Assembly: GCA_033764955.1 (NCBI GenBank)
Contig: JANRIL010000005.1
Span: 64,001 to 128,000 of the forward strand
Source: Cyanobacteriota bacterium
GTDB taxonomy: Bacteria; Cyanobacteriota; Cyanobacteriia; Thermostichales; Thermostichaceae
Direction of reading: 5' to 3'
DNA length: 64,000 nucleotides
How positions within the stretch are numbered: the stretch's first letter is position 1; each line of letters begins with the position of its first letter. Below, in pieces: positions 50,738 through 60,592 of this stretch. The translations under genes and the position numbers were made by a program. The notes beneath the pieces were generated by a model. It had not been told where the DNA came from. It saw nothing but the letters and a program-made list of their open reading frames with translations, and searched no databases.

Positions 50738-52288
50738 CTAACTGCCTGGACGAAAAAGTCCGATAGCTTTGACTTGATTGGATCCCACTTCAAAAGCAAA
50801 CGCTAAACCAATCGCATCATAATTCACATAATATCGATCATCCCGCGCATATTCACGGCTGCCTTCCGGATAGGGCATCACTTCGTTATACCCATTTTCT
50901 CCTAACTGACCGTAGACTTTTACCACCTCATTGTAGGTAGACCCCATACGGATCCCTTCCGCCGTTTGAGCACTGGGATCCGTTGTATAGATGCGGTTAG
51001 CAAAAAAACTATCCACTACACCCAAATGGCGATAGGTAAAGAGAATATAATCTTGCAGATAAAAGATTTTTAGATCGCTGTTGGGCTGAAATACATTTTT
51101 GCCCGATTCCCCCGATACAGCATCGATATTGCCTAAAAGGGAAGAGTCAATATTGCGAGTATCTAACCCCACTTGAAAGCGGCCAATCCGTCCTTCTTGA
51201 GCAAAAACGTTAGGACGGGCATCGGTAGCCATCGGGCGAGGGGGCAGGCTTAACGCCGCTATCCCTGCGCTTAACCAGGTATTGCTATCTCCCGTAATCG
51301 GCTGCAAGGGCACCAACCCCGCCGCAAGAGAACGCTGATCTCCGGTTTGCCATGTTGAAACCGCCAATTCTACCGCCGCTCCTGAGGGAAGGGCGAAAAA
51401 CTTGGTTTGCCGATCGGTGCCCTGGGTGGGTTGCCCCAGAATAACGGTGTTGCCACTCACCCCCAATTGTGCCGCCAATAAGACGGATCCCTGCTGAGTA
51501 TTGCCATCCACCAACACCGCCAACGGGAACCCAGCCGCAATCGGGACTTGCTGACTATCCCATTCGGTAGGCTCGCCAAAGCGATCTTGGGTGACCAACA
51601 GCGGACGAATCGAGCGGGGCAAAAACAGGCGAGCCACATCCGCAATCACCTGCGGGTCATAACCAACGGAGCCGCGCAGATCCAAAACAACCCCACGGGA
51701 ATAGTTCTGGGTAAATAGGGTCTGGCGAATTTGCTGAGCGGTAGCAGGGGTCAGATCAGGAACCGCTAGATAAACCACATTCGGGGCAATGGTTTGGGCT
51801 TGCAGGGGCGGACGCTGGCGATTGAGGAGCGCCTTAAACTGAGTGGGATCCAAAAACCGATCCGCCGCATCCCCATACTGCTGAAGGGTGGCTTGCAACA
51901 CCTCATATTCAATCTGCTGCGGATCCTGTTGGTTGCCGTATCCTTTAGCCAGCAGTTGGGTATAGAGATCTTGATAGTTAACCGCCCCCGCCTCATTGCC
52001 CGCTTTCAAAGAATCATTGATAAATAGTTTGACAAGATGTTGCAGATCCGCTCCCGGCTTATAGTTGGGATCCCGGCTGGTCAGAGGGGGTAGGGCAGGA
52101 GATTCCGTCGGAGGTGAACCCGTTTGAGGCAAGGTCGGATCGGTGGGCAGTACCGGAGATGCTAGCGGAGCCTCAATAGCAGGGACAACCGGGACAGGCG
52201 GTAACGTTTGAGCTGATACCTCAACACTCCAACCAAGCGAAAGACTCAGCCACAGCACGAGCATCTGACTGGACCAGAGAAATTTCAT
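50738..52288 (-). CDS. Secreted S41 (CtpA-like) peptidase-fold protein, catalytic residues apparently missing
   Basis: Signal peptide and Pro-rich linker; GVVLDLRG, PLAVLVD..T, GQPTQG, LPSGAAVEL. Confidence 0.72.
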   Translation of the reverse strand: MKFLWSSQMLVLWLSLSLGWSVEVSAQTLPPVPVVPAIEAPLASPVLPTDPTLPQTGSPPTESPALPPLTSRDPNYKPGADLQHLVKLFINDSLKAGNEAGAVNYQDLYTQLLAKGYGNQQDPQQIEYEVLQATLQQYGDAADRFLDPTQFKALLNRQRPPLQAQTIAPNVVYLAVPDLTPATAQQIRQTLFTQNYSRGVVLDLRGSVGYDPQVIADVARLFLPRSIRPLLVTQDRFGEPTEWDSQQVPIAAGFPLAVLVDGNTQQGSVLLAAQLGVSGNTVILGQPTQGTDRQTKFFALPSGAAVELAVSTWQTGDQRSLAAGLVPLQPITGDSNTWLSAGIAALSLPPRPMATDARPNVFAQEGRIGRFQVGLDTRNIDSSLLGNIDAVSGESGKNVFQPNSDLKIFYLQDYILFTYRHLGVVDSFFANRIYTTDPSAQTAEGIRMGSTYNEVVKVYGQLGENGYNEVMPYPEGSREYARDDRYYVNYDAIGLAFAFEVGSNQVKAIGLFRPGS

Positions 52289-52512
52289 ATTCTGCCCCTG
52301 CCCCTTAATGGATTTTTGTGGATAGAATTTACCGTAAACGATTTGGGCATCCACTGTCAGCAGTGTTTGAGAATAATCTCGACACTAAACCTGGAGTTTT
52401 TTCTTCATCACCTCTGGGATCCCGGCCTGTTTTTGACAGAAAGTTAAGATATCCTTGAGACAAGCCGTAAGGTTTTGTAATTAGCAGTAACCTTCTTCAG
52501 GGGTCAGCGTTA

Positions 52513-53463
52513 TTGTTTGAGCATCTGCCAGTTTTGTGTGAGGACGTGGTGGCAGGATTAGCGATTAAAACTCACGGATCCTATCTCGACGCCACCGTTG
52601 GGGGAGGAGGGCATAGCCTAGCTCTTTTGAGGGCGGGCATTGGTCGGTTGATTGCCCTTGATCACGATCGGGAGGCACTAGCGGCGGCTCAAGCATCGAT
52701 CCAAGGGTGGCTAACAACTCAGCCCCCTCCCCACCCGCAGGTGCGCTTTCACCACCTTAACTTCAGTCAGTTTTGCCTTGCTCAGCACGGTTGGATAGAG
52801 AGGGAGGGAGATTCGCCCCTATTGGACGGGATCCTAGCGGATTTAGGGGTCAGCTCTCCCCAGCTCGATCGAGGGGAACGGGGGTTTAGCTTTCGGCAGA
52901 CGGGTCCCCTGGACATGCGGATGAACCCTGAGGGTCAACCACTGACGGCGGCTGATCTGCTGAATCATGCCGATGAAGCCACCCTTGTTGATTGGTTCTC
53001 CCGCTACGGAGAAGAACGCTACTCGAAGCGGATTGCCCGCCAACTAGTGGCCAAACGACCCTGGCAAACCACCACCCAGCTAGCCGATGCGATTGTGCAG
53101 GCTATCCCGCCGGCGGCTCGTCACGGACGCATTCATCCCGCCACCCGCGTCTTTCAGGCTCTGCGTATGGTTGTCAACCAAGAGCTTGAGGTGTTGCAGA
53201 GTTTTTTGGCAGAAGCGGTGGATTGGCTCAAGCCAGGGGGCAGGATAGCGGTCATTAGTTTTCACAGCCTGGAAGATCGCTTGGTTAAGTGGCAGTTTCG
53301 CCGGGATCCCCGTTGGCAGATTATCACCGCCAAACCCATTCAAGCTAGCCCCGGCGAGCTGGCAAACAATCCCCGTGCTCGTTCAGCCAAGCTGCGGATT
53401 GCCCAGCGTCGGGATCCCTCAGATCTGCTCGATTCGCCAGCAATTTCACCTCAGGAGGTTTAG
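52513..53463 (+). CDS. rsmH: 16S rRNA m4C1402 methyltransferase
   Basis: HLPVL, DATVGGGGHS, DLGVSSPQLD..ERGFSF, HPATRVFQALR, ISFHSLEDRLVK, NPRARSAKLR. Confidence 0.96.
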   Translation: MFEHLPVLCEDVVAGLAIKTHGSYLDATVGGGGHSLALLRAGIGRLIALDHDREALAAAQASIQGWLTTQPPPHPQVRFHHLNFSQFCLAQHGWIEREGDSPLLDGILADLGVSSPQLDRGERGFSFRQTGPLDMRMNPEGQPLTAADLLNHADEATLVDWFSRYGEERYSKRIARQLVAKRPWQTTTQLADAIVQAIPPAARHGRIHPATRVFQALRMVVNQELEVLQSFLAEAVDWLKPGGRIAVISFHSLEDRLVKWQFRRDPRWQIITAKPIQASPGELANNPRARSAKLRIAQRRDPSDLLDSPAISPQEV

Positions 53464-53467
53464 GTCA

Positions 53468-53962
53468 ATGCCACTCCCCAAGCCGTCTCTGGCACGTCAT
53501 CGTCGTCCTGCTTCACCCATGCTGGCGGCTCAAAAGCTGCCCTCTGCGGCACTACATCAACAATGGCGGACGGCAGATCCTCTAGGGGGGGATAGAGCGT
53601 TGACCGAACTGCCCGCCTGGTTACAGCGTTTACTTTGGCTCAAACAAATAACAACCGTATCAGCGATTCTTGCTTGCTTGACTGTTCTCGGTCTCTATAG
53701 TTGGACGGTTTATACTCAACAGCGCTGGAGCAAGCAATATCAAACCCTCGAGCAAATGCGGGTTAATGAACGGCAGTTTTTACTTACGCAAGAATCCATC
53801 TCTAACTCGCTGCGAGATGCTGCTAGCCGGAGCAACATGGTGCCACTGGTTCCAGAACGAATGCTGGAAGTCCCAATTGCATCACCCTTGCCCGTTGAAC
53901 CAAAAGTTGCTACAGCCAATCAGCCGACTATTGAAAATACATTTTATCCGGTGGGTTACTAG
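53468..53962 (+). CDS. Bitopic membrane coiled-coil protein, FtsL-like
   Basis: One TM helix (ITTVSAILACLTVLGLYSWTVY) followed by a coiled coil; starts 4 bp after rsmH. Confidence 0.6.
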   Translation: MPLPKPSLARHRRPASPMLAAQKLPSAALHQQWRTADPLGGDRALTELPAWLQRLLWLKQITTVSAILACLTVLGLYSWTVYTQQRWSKQYQTLEQMRVNERQFLLTQESISNSLRDAASRSNMVPLVPERMLEVPIASPLPVEPKVATANQPTIENTFYPVGY

Positions 53963-54004
53963 GGATAATAGCAATTATTCCCATCACTCAACACCAATGG
54001 CCAT

Positions 54005-55180
54005 ATGTACGATCCCGGTCATATTCTTCAATGCGAAAATTCAGAGGCAGAGCCTCAATCTTCCCTCAGTTCTGGTCATCATCTTTCTATTCAATCTCAC
54101 CGCCGCGGCAAACACAAAATCTTTATTGGTATGGCTCCCGGTGTGGGCAAAACCTACCGCATGTTGAGTGAAGCCCAGCAACTCAAGGCGGATGGAATTG
54201 ATGTGGTGATTGGTCTTTTAGAAACCCACGGACGAGCCGAAACCGCTGCCCAAGCGGAAGGGCTAGAAATAGTTCCTCGTCAGCAGGTAATTTGGCATGG
54301 GGTCAGCCTCAGTGAGATGGATACGGATGCGATTATTGCCCGTCAACCTCAATTGGTTTTAGTGGATGAGCTAGCTCATACGAATGCCCCTGGATCCTTT
54401 CATGAAAAACGCTATCAAGATGTCGAAAAAATTCTGGACGCGGGAATTGATGTTCACTCCACCGTTAATGTTCAGCACCTAGAAAGTCTCAATGATTTAG
54501 TGGCTCGGATTACGGGAGTTGTGGTGCGGGAACGCATCCCCGATAAGGTCTTTGAAGATGCTGATGATGTGGTAGTAGTGGATGTTACCCCTGAGACATT
54601 GGAGGAGCGGTTACAAGATGGCAAAATTTATGCCCTTAATAAAGTAGATCAGGCTCTCAATAACTTTTTTCAACGGCGGAATTTGATCGCCCTGCGAGAA
54701 CTAGCCCTGCGAGAAGTAGCGGATAGTATCGAGGAAGATGAAACTTCTGATCAATCGATTTCCCAAGGGATCCAAGAACGACTGTTGGTTTGTATTTCTA
54801 CTTATCCCAATTCTTTACACTTGCTGCGGCGAGGAGCCAGAATAGCCAGCTATCTCAACGCAAAACTTTATGGCCTTTTTGTCTCGGATCCCGAACGATT
54901 TTTGACCAAAGAAGAAAGCCTTCATGTGGAAACTTGTGAACGGCTATGCCGCGAATTTGGGGGAGAATTTTTGCGGATCTCTAGCTTGAATATCGCTCAA
55001 TCCATAGCCGACACAGCCAAACAACTCAAGATTACGCAGGTGGTGATTGGGGAGAGTCCTAAAAAGAAGTCTTGGTACTCTTTCTTCAAACCCTCCATGA
55101 TCCGGCAACTCACCCAATGCCTACAGGGAATTGATATTCATATTATTTCTCAATCACGAGAGAATGGAGAGTCTGTTTAG
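54005..55180 (+). CDS. kdpD: Stand-alone KdpD N-terminal sensor plus USP domain protein
   Basis: KIFIGMAPGVGKTYRML, ETHGR, LVDELAHTN, STVNVQHLESLND; no TM or histidine kinase domain. Confidence 0.9.
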   Translation: MYDPGHILQCENSEAEPQSSLSSGHHLSIQSHRRGKHKIFIGMAPGVGKTYRMLSEAQQLKADGIDVVIGLLETHGRAETAAQAEGLEIVPRQQVIWHGVSLSEMDTDAIIARQPQLVLVDELAHTNAPGSFHEKRYQDVEKILDAGIDVHSTVNVQHLESLNDLVARITGVVVRERIPDKVFEDADDVVVVDVTPETLEERLQDGKIYALNKVDQALNNFFQRRNLIALRELALREVADSIEEDETSDQSISQGIQERLLVCISTYPNSLHLLRRGARIASYLNAKLYGLFVSDPERFLTKEESLHVETCERLCREFGGEFLRISSLNIAQSIADTAKQLKITQVVIGESPKKKSWYSFFKPSMIRQLTQCLQGIDIHIISQSRENGESV

Positions 55181-55264
55181 CCAGTTTGACAAAACCGATT
55201 GACCAACGGATTATCCAAAATTCTTTTGTGGGTGGGGCTGTTGGCAGATGCTGAGACATCAAAC

Positions 55265-56137
55265 TTAGGTCAGGAAGAGATCCACCCACTCAGCCACCTC
55301 CTCCGCATAGTGGAGAGGCAGACGGTGATCCGCTTCCGGCAAAATGACCAGTCGTGCCTGCGGGATCCGCTGGGCGTAGGTTTGGCAATGCCAGAGGGGA
55401 ATGGTTTCATCCTGGGCGGCGGCGATCACCAGGGTCGGTAGCCGCAGGGTATGGATATCGGCTTCTACCGTATCAACAGCATCCTGGGGGCGGCGGCGAC
55501 TGCTCAAAAATTGCCGAGCTACGGGTTGAGCCAAGAGGGAGCGGCGCAGCCAGCGGATCTGTTGCCAATCCGCTCCTTTACCCAGCAGGGTTGCTAGTGG
55601 TTGTAGGGCGCTGAGGCTACGATCCACCCAAGGAGATGACCATAGCAACGGTTGCAGATAGCGATAGCGTCCGGCAAAGCTATCATCGCGGATGCCGGCT
55701 GGAGCCAGCAGGATCAACCCCGCTAGATCTTGAGGAAAGCGCAGGGCATAGGCTGCTGCCACCCATCCCCCAAAGGAATGACCCAGTAAATAAAAAGAGG
55801 ATAAGCCCAACCCCTCCACAAAATGCCGGATAAACTCCACCTGCACAGCAATACTGTAGGGGATATTCGGTTGACTGGAGCGACCAAATCCCAATAAATC
55901 AGGGGCAAGACAGCGATAGTGATCCGCCAGTTGCTCAACCAGATACCACCAGTGGGCATGAGTAGCCATAAAGCCATGTAGCATGACAATCGGGATCCCA
56001 TCCCCCCAATCGCGGTAGGCTACTTTTCCCTCCGGCACCGACAAATAGCAAACAGGCTGATCGGGGTGAGCCTGCTCCAGTTGCTCAATATGCTCCAGGG
56101 TTTGCTCTAGGGTGAAAGCTTTCGAGGGCGACGGCAT
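55265..56137 (-). CDS. Alpha/beta fold hydrolase
   Basis: MLHGF, PDLLGFGRS, GHSFGG, QDETIP, ADH. Confidence 0.9.
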   Translation of the reverse strand: MPSPSKAFTLEQTLEHIEQLEQAHPDQPVCYLSVPEGKVAYRDWGDGIPIVMLHGFMATHAHWWYLVEQLADHYRCLAPDLLGFGRSSQPNIPYSIAVQVEFIRHFVEGLGLSSFYLLGHSFGGWVAAAYALRFPQDLAGLILLAPAGIRDDSFAGRYRYLQPLLWSSPWVDRSLSALQPLATLLGKGADWQQIRWLRRSLLAQPVARQFLSSRRRPQDAVDTVEADIHTLRLPTLVIAAAQDETIPLWHCQTYAQRIPQARLVILPEADHRLPLHYAEEVAEWVDLFLT

Positions 56138-56141
56138 ACAC

Positions 56142-57581
56142 TTAGGCGTGGATCAACGATTGCAGGGCGGTTTGCAAATCACGGGTTAGGAGGGCGACCG
56201 CCTCTTTAGCAGCGCGGCGATTAGTGGAGTAGCTTTCCCATCGCTCCGTCACCGATAAGGGATCCCCGACGCGGAACTCTACCCGCCGCGCCCCCAGATA
56301 GGGACGACGCACCGAAGGGGATCCTTGAATGCGTTGCATGAGATCCCCAATCAGCAGTAGGGTATCCGCAAACCGTTCGGCGGAGGGCTTTTCTTGCACA
56401 TACACACCGGTAACCGCCACAAAGGATTCTACTAAGCGCATATGCCACATGCGGAGTTGGGCTTCTTGAGCAATGCGATCCGCTAGACTGCGTTCCAGGG
56501 GGGATAACGCCTCCAAATCCGCAATATCCTCACGATAGATACGCTCCCATCCGGCTTGTTCAATGCGACGGCAGCGATCGATCACCGTCCCATTGGCTTG
56601 CAAGTCAAAATAGTCTTCTGCCACCTTCAGCACCATATCCAATAACCGCTGCAAGCGATGGCTTAAGTGCAGGTTGGGGGTGGTTGACTCTTGCATAGGT
56701 AGGTCGGGCAGGGTCAGATGATAAAACTGCTGGTAAAAATTCTCCAGCATTTGTAATAAATGACCGCCCAGGCGGGTTAATCGTTGATAGAGCTGACTAA
56801 TGGAGGCGTTGGCGGTCTGAGCGGTCGCGGGATGAGGTGGGGGTGCTGATGGGGAGGGAGCGGGTAAGGGTTGTGCAGGATCCAGCAAACCACAATCCTG
56901 CTCATAGTGGGTCAGCCATTGTTCCAAGGCCAGCCAGGGATCCGTCTGAAAATGATACTGAATACCCAAGGGCAAAATCATCACCTCTTCATGGCGTCCG
57001 ACCTTGAGCAGATCCTCCTGACACCAAAAGCCCATCTGCGCTACCCCTGGTTCGAGGGGACTGATCAGCTCATTATGTCCGTTGGTTCCCCCTTCGGGAG
57101 CGACCGCCATGGGAAACTCACCATTCATAAACAAGTCACGAGCCGAGCGTAGACCTACGCGGTCTAATTTGCCTCGTTGAATGGGTGTCCCCCCCAGTTG
57201 AGAAAACAACCAACCCACCTTAGCTCCCGCCCAAATCGGGATCCCCCGGTCGTAGAGAACATGGGCATGAGTCGGCCATCGCAGGGGCACCGATAGCTGA
57301 GTGGCCGCTCGTGGCAGATAGTGCCCTAACAAATGAGCCAGACAGAGGGGATCATCAGTGCTGGGATGGCGAAAGGCAATCAAAAAGCGAACCTGTTTGG
57401 CCTGAAAACGGCGATACAGCTCCACCAACTGCTCGCCTCCCTCGACACTAACGGCGGTAATGCCCATGCGCCAGCGCAGCCACCAGGGTAATAACCACTG
57501 CACAGAGGTCAACACCCAGGGATTAAGGGCAGGGGGAATAAACTTGAGGGGGGGCTGCGCCTGTTGGGAAGCATAGGTCAT
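56142..57581 (-). CDS. Phospholipid/glycerol acyltransferase family protein (cyanobacterial PlsC-like)
   Basis: FRHPSTDD (HxxxxD), APEGGTNG, PLGIQY. Confidence 0.82.
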   Translation of the reverse strand: MTYASQQAQPPLKFIPPALNPWVLTSVQWLLPWWLRWRMGITAVSVEGGEQLVELYRRFQAKQVRFLIAFRHPSTDDPLCLAHLLGHYLPRAATQLSVPLRWPTHAHVLYDRGIPIWAGAKVGWLFSQLGGTPIQRGKLDRVGLRSARDLFMNGEFPMAVAPEGGTNGHNELISPLEPGVAQMGFWCQEDLLKVGRHEEVMILPLGIQYHFQTDPWLALEQWLTHYEQDCGLLDPAQPLPAPSPSAPPPHPATAQTANASISQLYQRLTRLGGHLLQMLENFYQQFYHLTLPDLPMQESTTPNLHLSHRLQRLLDMVLKVAEDYFDLQANGTVIDRCRRIEQAGWERIYREDIADLEALSPLERSLADRIAQEAQLRMWHMRLVESFVAVTGVYVQEKPSAERFADTLLLIGDLMQRIQGSPSVRRPYLGARRVEFRVGDPLSVTERWESYSTNRRAAKEAVALLTRDLQTALQSLIHA

Positions 57582-57647
57582 CGATTATTCTCCTTCCTGC
57601 TGCCCAGCCAGGAGTTAGTCAACCACACTGAATCAACAACCCCAAAC

Positions 57648-58172
57648 CTAGACCACAGCCGCCGCCGGATGTTGTTTGAGAAACTCCGTATTCACCCCTG
57701 ATTCTCGCACCAAAGCCACCAACCCAGTACGAGCAATTTCACGAATGCCAAATCCTGAGAGCATCTTGATAATAGCCACCATTTTTCCCGGATCCCCTGT
57801 TACCTCCAGGGTTAGTGATTCCTCCGCCACATCCACAATCCGGGCTCGAAACATCTGAGCAACATCCATAATGTCAGAACGGGTTTCTGGGCTAGCGTTG
57901 ATTTTGATCAGCATCAGCTCCCGCTCTACACAGGGGGTATGGGTAATATCGGTCACCTTCAAAACATCGATCAGTTTGTAAAGCTGTTTGATGATTTGCT
58001 CTACATCATACTCATTGCCCGCCATAACCATCGTGATGCGGGAAATACCGGGACGCTCTGTTTCTCCAACTGTCAAACTATCGATGTTAAAGCCTCGGCG
58101 AGCAAACATGCCCGCAATTCGGGTCAATACTCCCGGTTGATCTTGGACAAGGGCGGTAAGCGTATGTTTCAT
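57648..58172 (-). CDS. ilvN: Acetolactate synthase small (regulatory) subunit
   Basis: [45 protein letters not shown]. Confidence 0.95.
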   Translation of the reverse strand: MKHTLTALVQDQPGVLTRIAGMFARRGFNIDSLTVGETERPGISRITMVMAGNEYDVEQIIKQLYKLIDVLKVTDITHTPCVERELMLIKINASPETRSDIMDVAQMFRARIVDVAEESLTLEVTGDPGKMVAIIKMLSGFGIREIARTGLVALVRESGVNTEFLKQHPAAAVV

Positions 58173-58360
58173 AAAAGTCGAGGCAATCAGCAATGGCGGA
58201 ATGAATACGAAGGGTAAAGGATCCCAGCTTAAAATAGCTAGGGAGCTTTCTATTGTTACACTACTATTTTTACATTGGCGGGGATCCCTGCCAATCTCTC
58301 CCTATGAACCTTGATAACGTTCTGCTTCAGCGGGAGCCAGCAGCCTCTACATCACCTCAA

Positions 58361-59191
58361 TCATGCGCGGCGCCGCAGACGAAACCACAACATCGCCATC
58401 ACAAACAAAGCAAACTGAGCCACAACAATACTTGGTCCTGCCGCCAGATTGGCTACCGCTGATAGCAACATTCCCAGTAGCGCACTCAGGGATCCCAACC
58501 CGGTCGCCAAGAGCAAAAATCTGTGAAACTCTTGGCTGAGCAGCTTGGCCGTGGCCGCTGGAATCACCAAAAAGGCATTGACTAGCAACACCCCTACCGC
58601 TTTGATTGCCACCGCCACCGCCAAAGAGAGCAGCACAACAAACCCCAATCGATGGGAATCCACCGCCACCCCCCGCGTGTGAGCCAAATCGGGGTGCAAT
58701 GTCAGGATCATTTGGGAACGCAAGGTTAAGCCCATTCCCAGGAGCGCCGCCACCAACACCAGGCCAATCAGACCCACATCCCGCCACCCTATGGCCAAAA
58801 TATCCCCAAACAACAAATTCATCAGGTTGCCCCGATAGCCTGGCAGCAAGCTCAAGGTCAACACCGCCATCGCTAGCGAAGCCGAAAAGACGATGTTAAG
58901 AACGGTTTCACTCCACAAGTTGGTTTGCCCAATTAGATAAATTACCCCCAAACCAAACAGCACCGTAAAAGGCAAGAGGGTCAGGGTTGGCTCCAAATTC
59001 AGCACAATCCCCAAAACAATCCCTAGCAGCGCAGCATGTCCAACTGTGTGACTGAAAAAGGAAAGCTGACGGAGAATGGCAAAACTTCCCAGCCATCCCC
59101 CCAATAGACCCAGCAATAGTCCCCCCAACAAAGCTCGTTGCATGAAGGGATAGCTCACTAAATCCAGCAGATGCACCAGCGATGCTTCCAT
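58361..59191 (-). CDS. Metal (Zn/Mn) ABC transporter permease
   Basis: FMQRAL, FFSHTVGHAALLG, LFGDIL, IKAVGVLLVNAFLVIPAATA. Confidence 0.9.
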   Translation of the reverse strand: MEASLVHLLDLVSYPFMQRALLGGLLLGLLGGWLGSFAILRQLSFFSHTVGHAALLGIVLGIVLNLEPTLTLLPFTVLFGLGVIYLIGQTNLWSETVLNIVFSASLAMAVLTLSLLPGYRGNLMNLLFGDILAIGWRDVGLIGLVLVAALLGMGLTLRSQMILTLHPDLAHTRGVAVDSHRLGFVVLLSLAVAVAIKAVGVLLVNAFLVIPAATAKLLSQEFHRFLLLATGLGSLSALLGMLLSAVANLAAGPSIVVAQFALFVMAMLWFRLRRRA

Positions 59192-59573
59192 AGCTTGCTC
59201 CCTCTCCTCCTGATCGCGGCTAGCTTCCTACCACCACATAACCTCAGGTTACGCGAGAACCCTCAAGTGAATATCTAAAGGATTTAAGTCAAGATTTATG
59301 AGTTTTACTGAGAAACAGCATCCCCTTGTGGATTAAGAGGGATCGGATAACGGCGATTATCGTTCAAGCAATCGGTAGATAATGTGCGTCAAAATGTATC
59401 AGAGGAGACTAAGAGTTGTGAACAAACGTAGAAAGTTCGTTAGGTTTGCTTTTTAATAATTTCTATAGAAATCAATTATTGCTTGAGTGCATACCTGTTC
59501 AGGTTCTTCTGTCAGGCTTTCCGTTTAGGCCATTGTGATCGTTGCGTCTGCTTGGGCAGAGGTGAGTGAAATC

Positions 59574-59882
59574 ATGAACAAAGTTTACGTTGCCTATCTC
59601 ACTCGCACCCTCCATCAGTGTCACTCCACTTTTTGTGCAGTGGCCCTGGGAGCCAGTGAAGATTTATCCCGCTTGCTAGAAAAATTACAAAATCGTGATG
59701 TGGCTGTTTCCATCTATTCCTACGATAAAGTTCCGGTTGAATCGGTGGAGCCAGTTCGGGTTTCGTCAACCAATTTTTCTCTGAATAATGAAACCTGTGT
59801 GGGTCACTATTTATTTCCCCAGTTTCAAAAACTAGAAACCAGTCTGTCTGCCTGTCATTCCGGGATCCCTCGCCTTGCCTAA
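59574..59882 (+). CDS. Hypothetical protein
   Basis: 102-aa ORF after a GAGGTG RBS-like sequence in an otherwise empty intergenic region; no recognised motif. Confidence 0.4.
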   Translation: MNKVYVAYLTRTLHQCHSTFCAVALGASEDLSRLLEKLQNRDVAVSIYSYDKVPVESVEPVRVSSTNFSLNNETCVGHYLFPQFQKLETSLSACHSGIPRLA

Positions 59883-60035
59883 GCAAACTTGCTTCAATAG
59901 TTGACCTCTCAATCAACAACTCGCAAACAAAATTGTGGAGCGGAGGGGGGATCCCCTCTCATGATTGATGTTGTCAGCGGATTTTTAGGTGACTACATTC
60001 TGAAACGTATACTCAGATACCAAAAACCAGCAAAC

Positions 60036-60400
60036 TGTGGAAAACCCACAGGAATCCACAAAAAAGGATCCTGAGAGCCTGCGGATGAAGAGCTAGGTTT
60101 GGGGGGTGGACTTACCAAGATAGGGGATCCCACACTGGGAGTGTGTTAAGAATCGTATCTTTGTCAATATTTAGTGACATTTAACCTGTGGAAAACCTGT
60201 GGAAAACGCCATTTTTCTGTGGAAAACCTGTGGAAAAACCCCCTAAGTTATTAACAGGTATTTATACCCTGTGGAAAAACCCTTGAGTTATCCACAGTTT
60301 TTCCACAACCCCCTAACCGGATCAACCACTGTCAGGGAGGGGATTTCCGATCTTTTTCCACAGTTTCCACAGCCCCTACTACTACTAATTAGAAATTGAC
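60036..60400. other. oriC: Replication origin oriC (DnaA-box cluster plus DnaA-trio unwinding element)
   Basis: TGTGGAAAA at 60036, 60187, 60198, 60218, 60229, 60270; TTATCCACA at 60288; TTTTCCACA at 60299 and 60354; GTTTCCACA at 60363; then GCCC and (CTA)4 at 60376-60387; directly upstream of dnaN. Confidence 0.88.
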
Positions 60401-60592
60401 TTAGTAGTAACAGCCGTAAAAAACAAGCGCGTGGGAAAACGAAAAATTTTTTTGGGGATCCCGGCTCAAGGGGGATCGATTCTCGAACAGCCGATGTAGG
60501 ATCTGCTTGTTCGAGGGGGTGGAAAGGGGAAGCACGTGGTGATTAGTTCATTGCCCAGTCCGTTGACAGGTTTGCCAGACAGGTCGGATGAC

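Noticed and set aside
60187..60278. CTGTGGAAAA repeats as a CRISPR array or iterons
   Set aside because: They are 9-mer DnaA boxes with 2-30 bp spacing; there is no repeat-spacer periodicity and no cas or rep genes.
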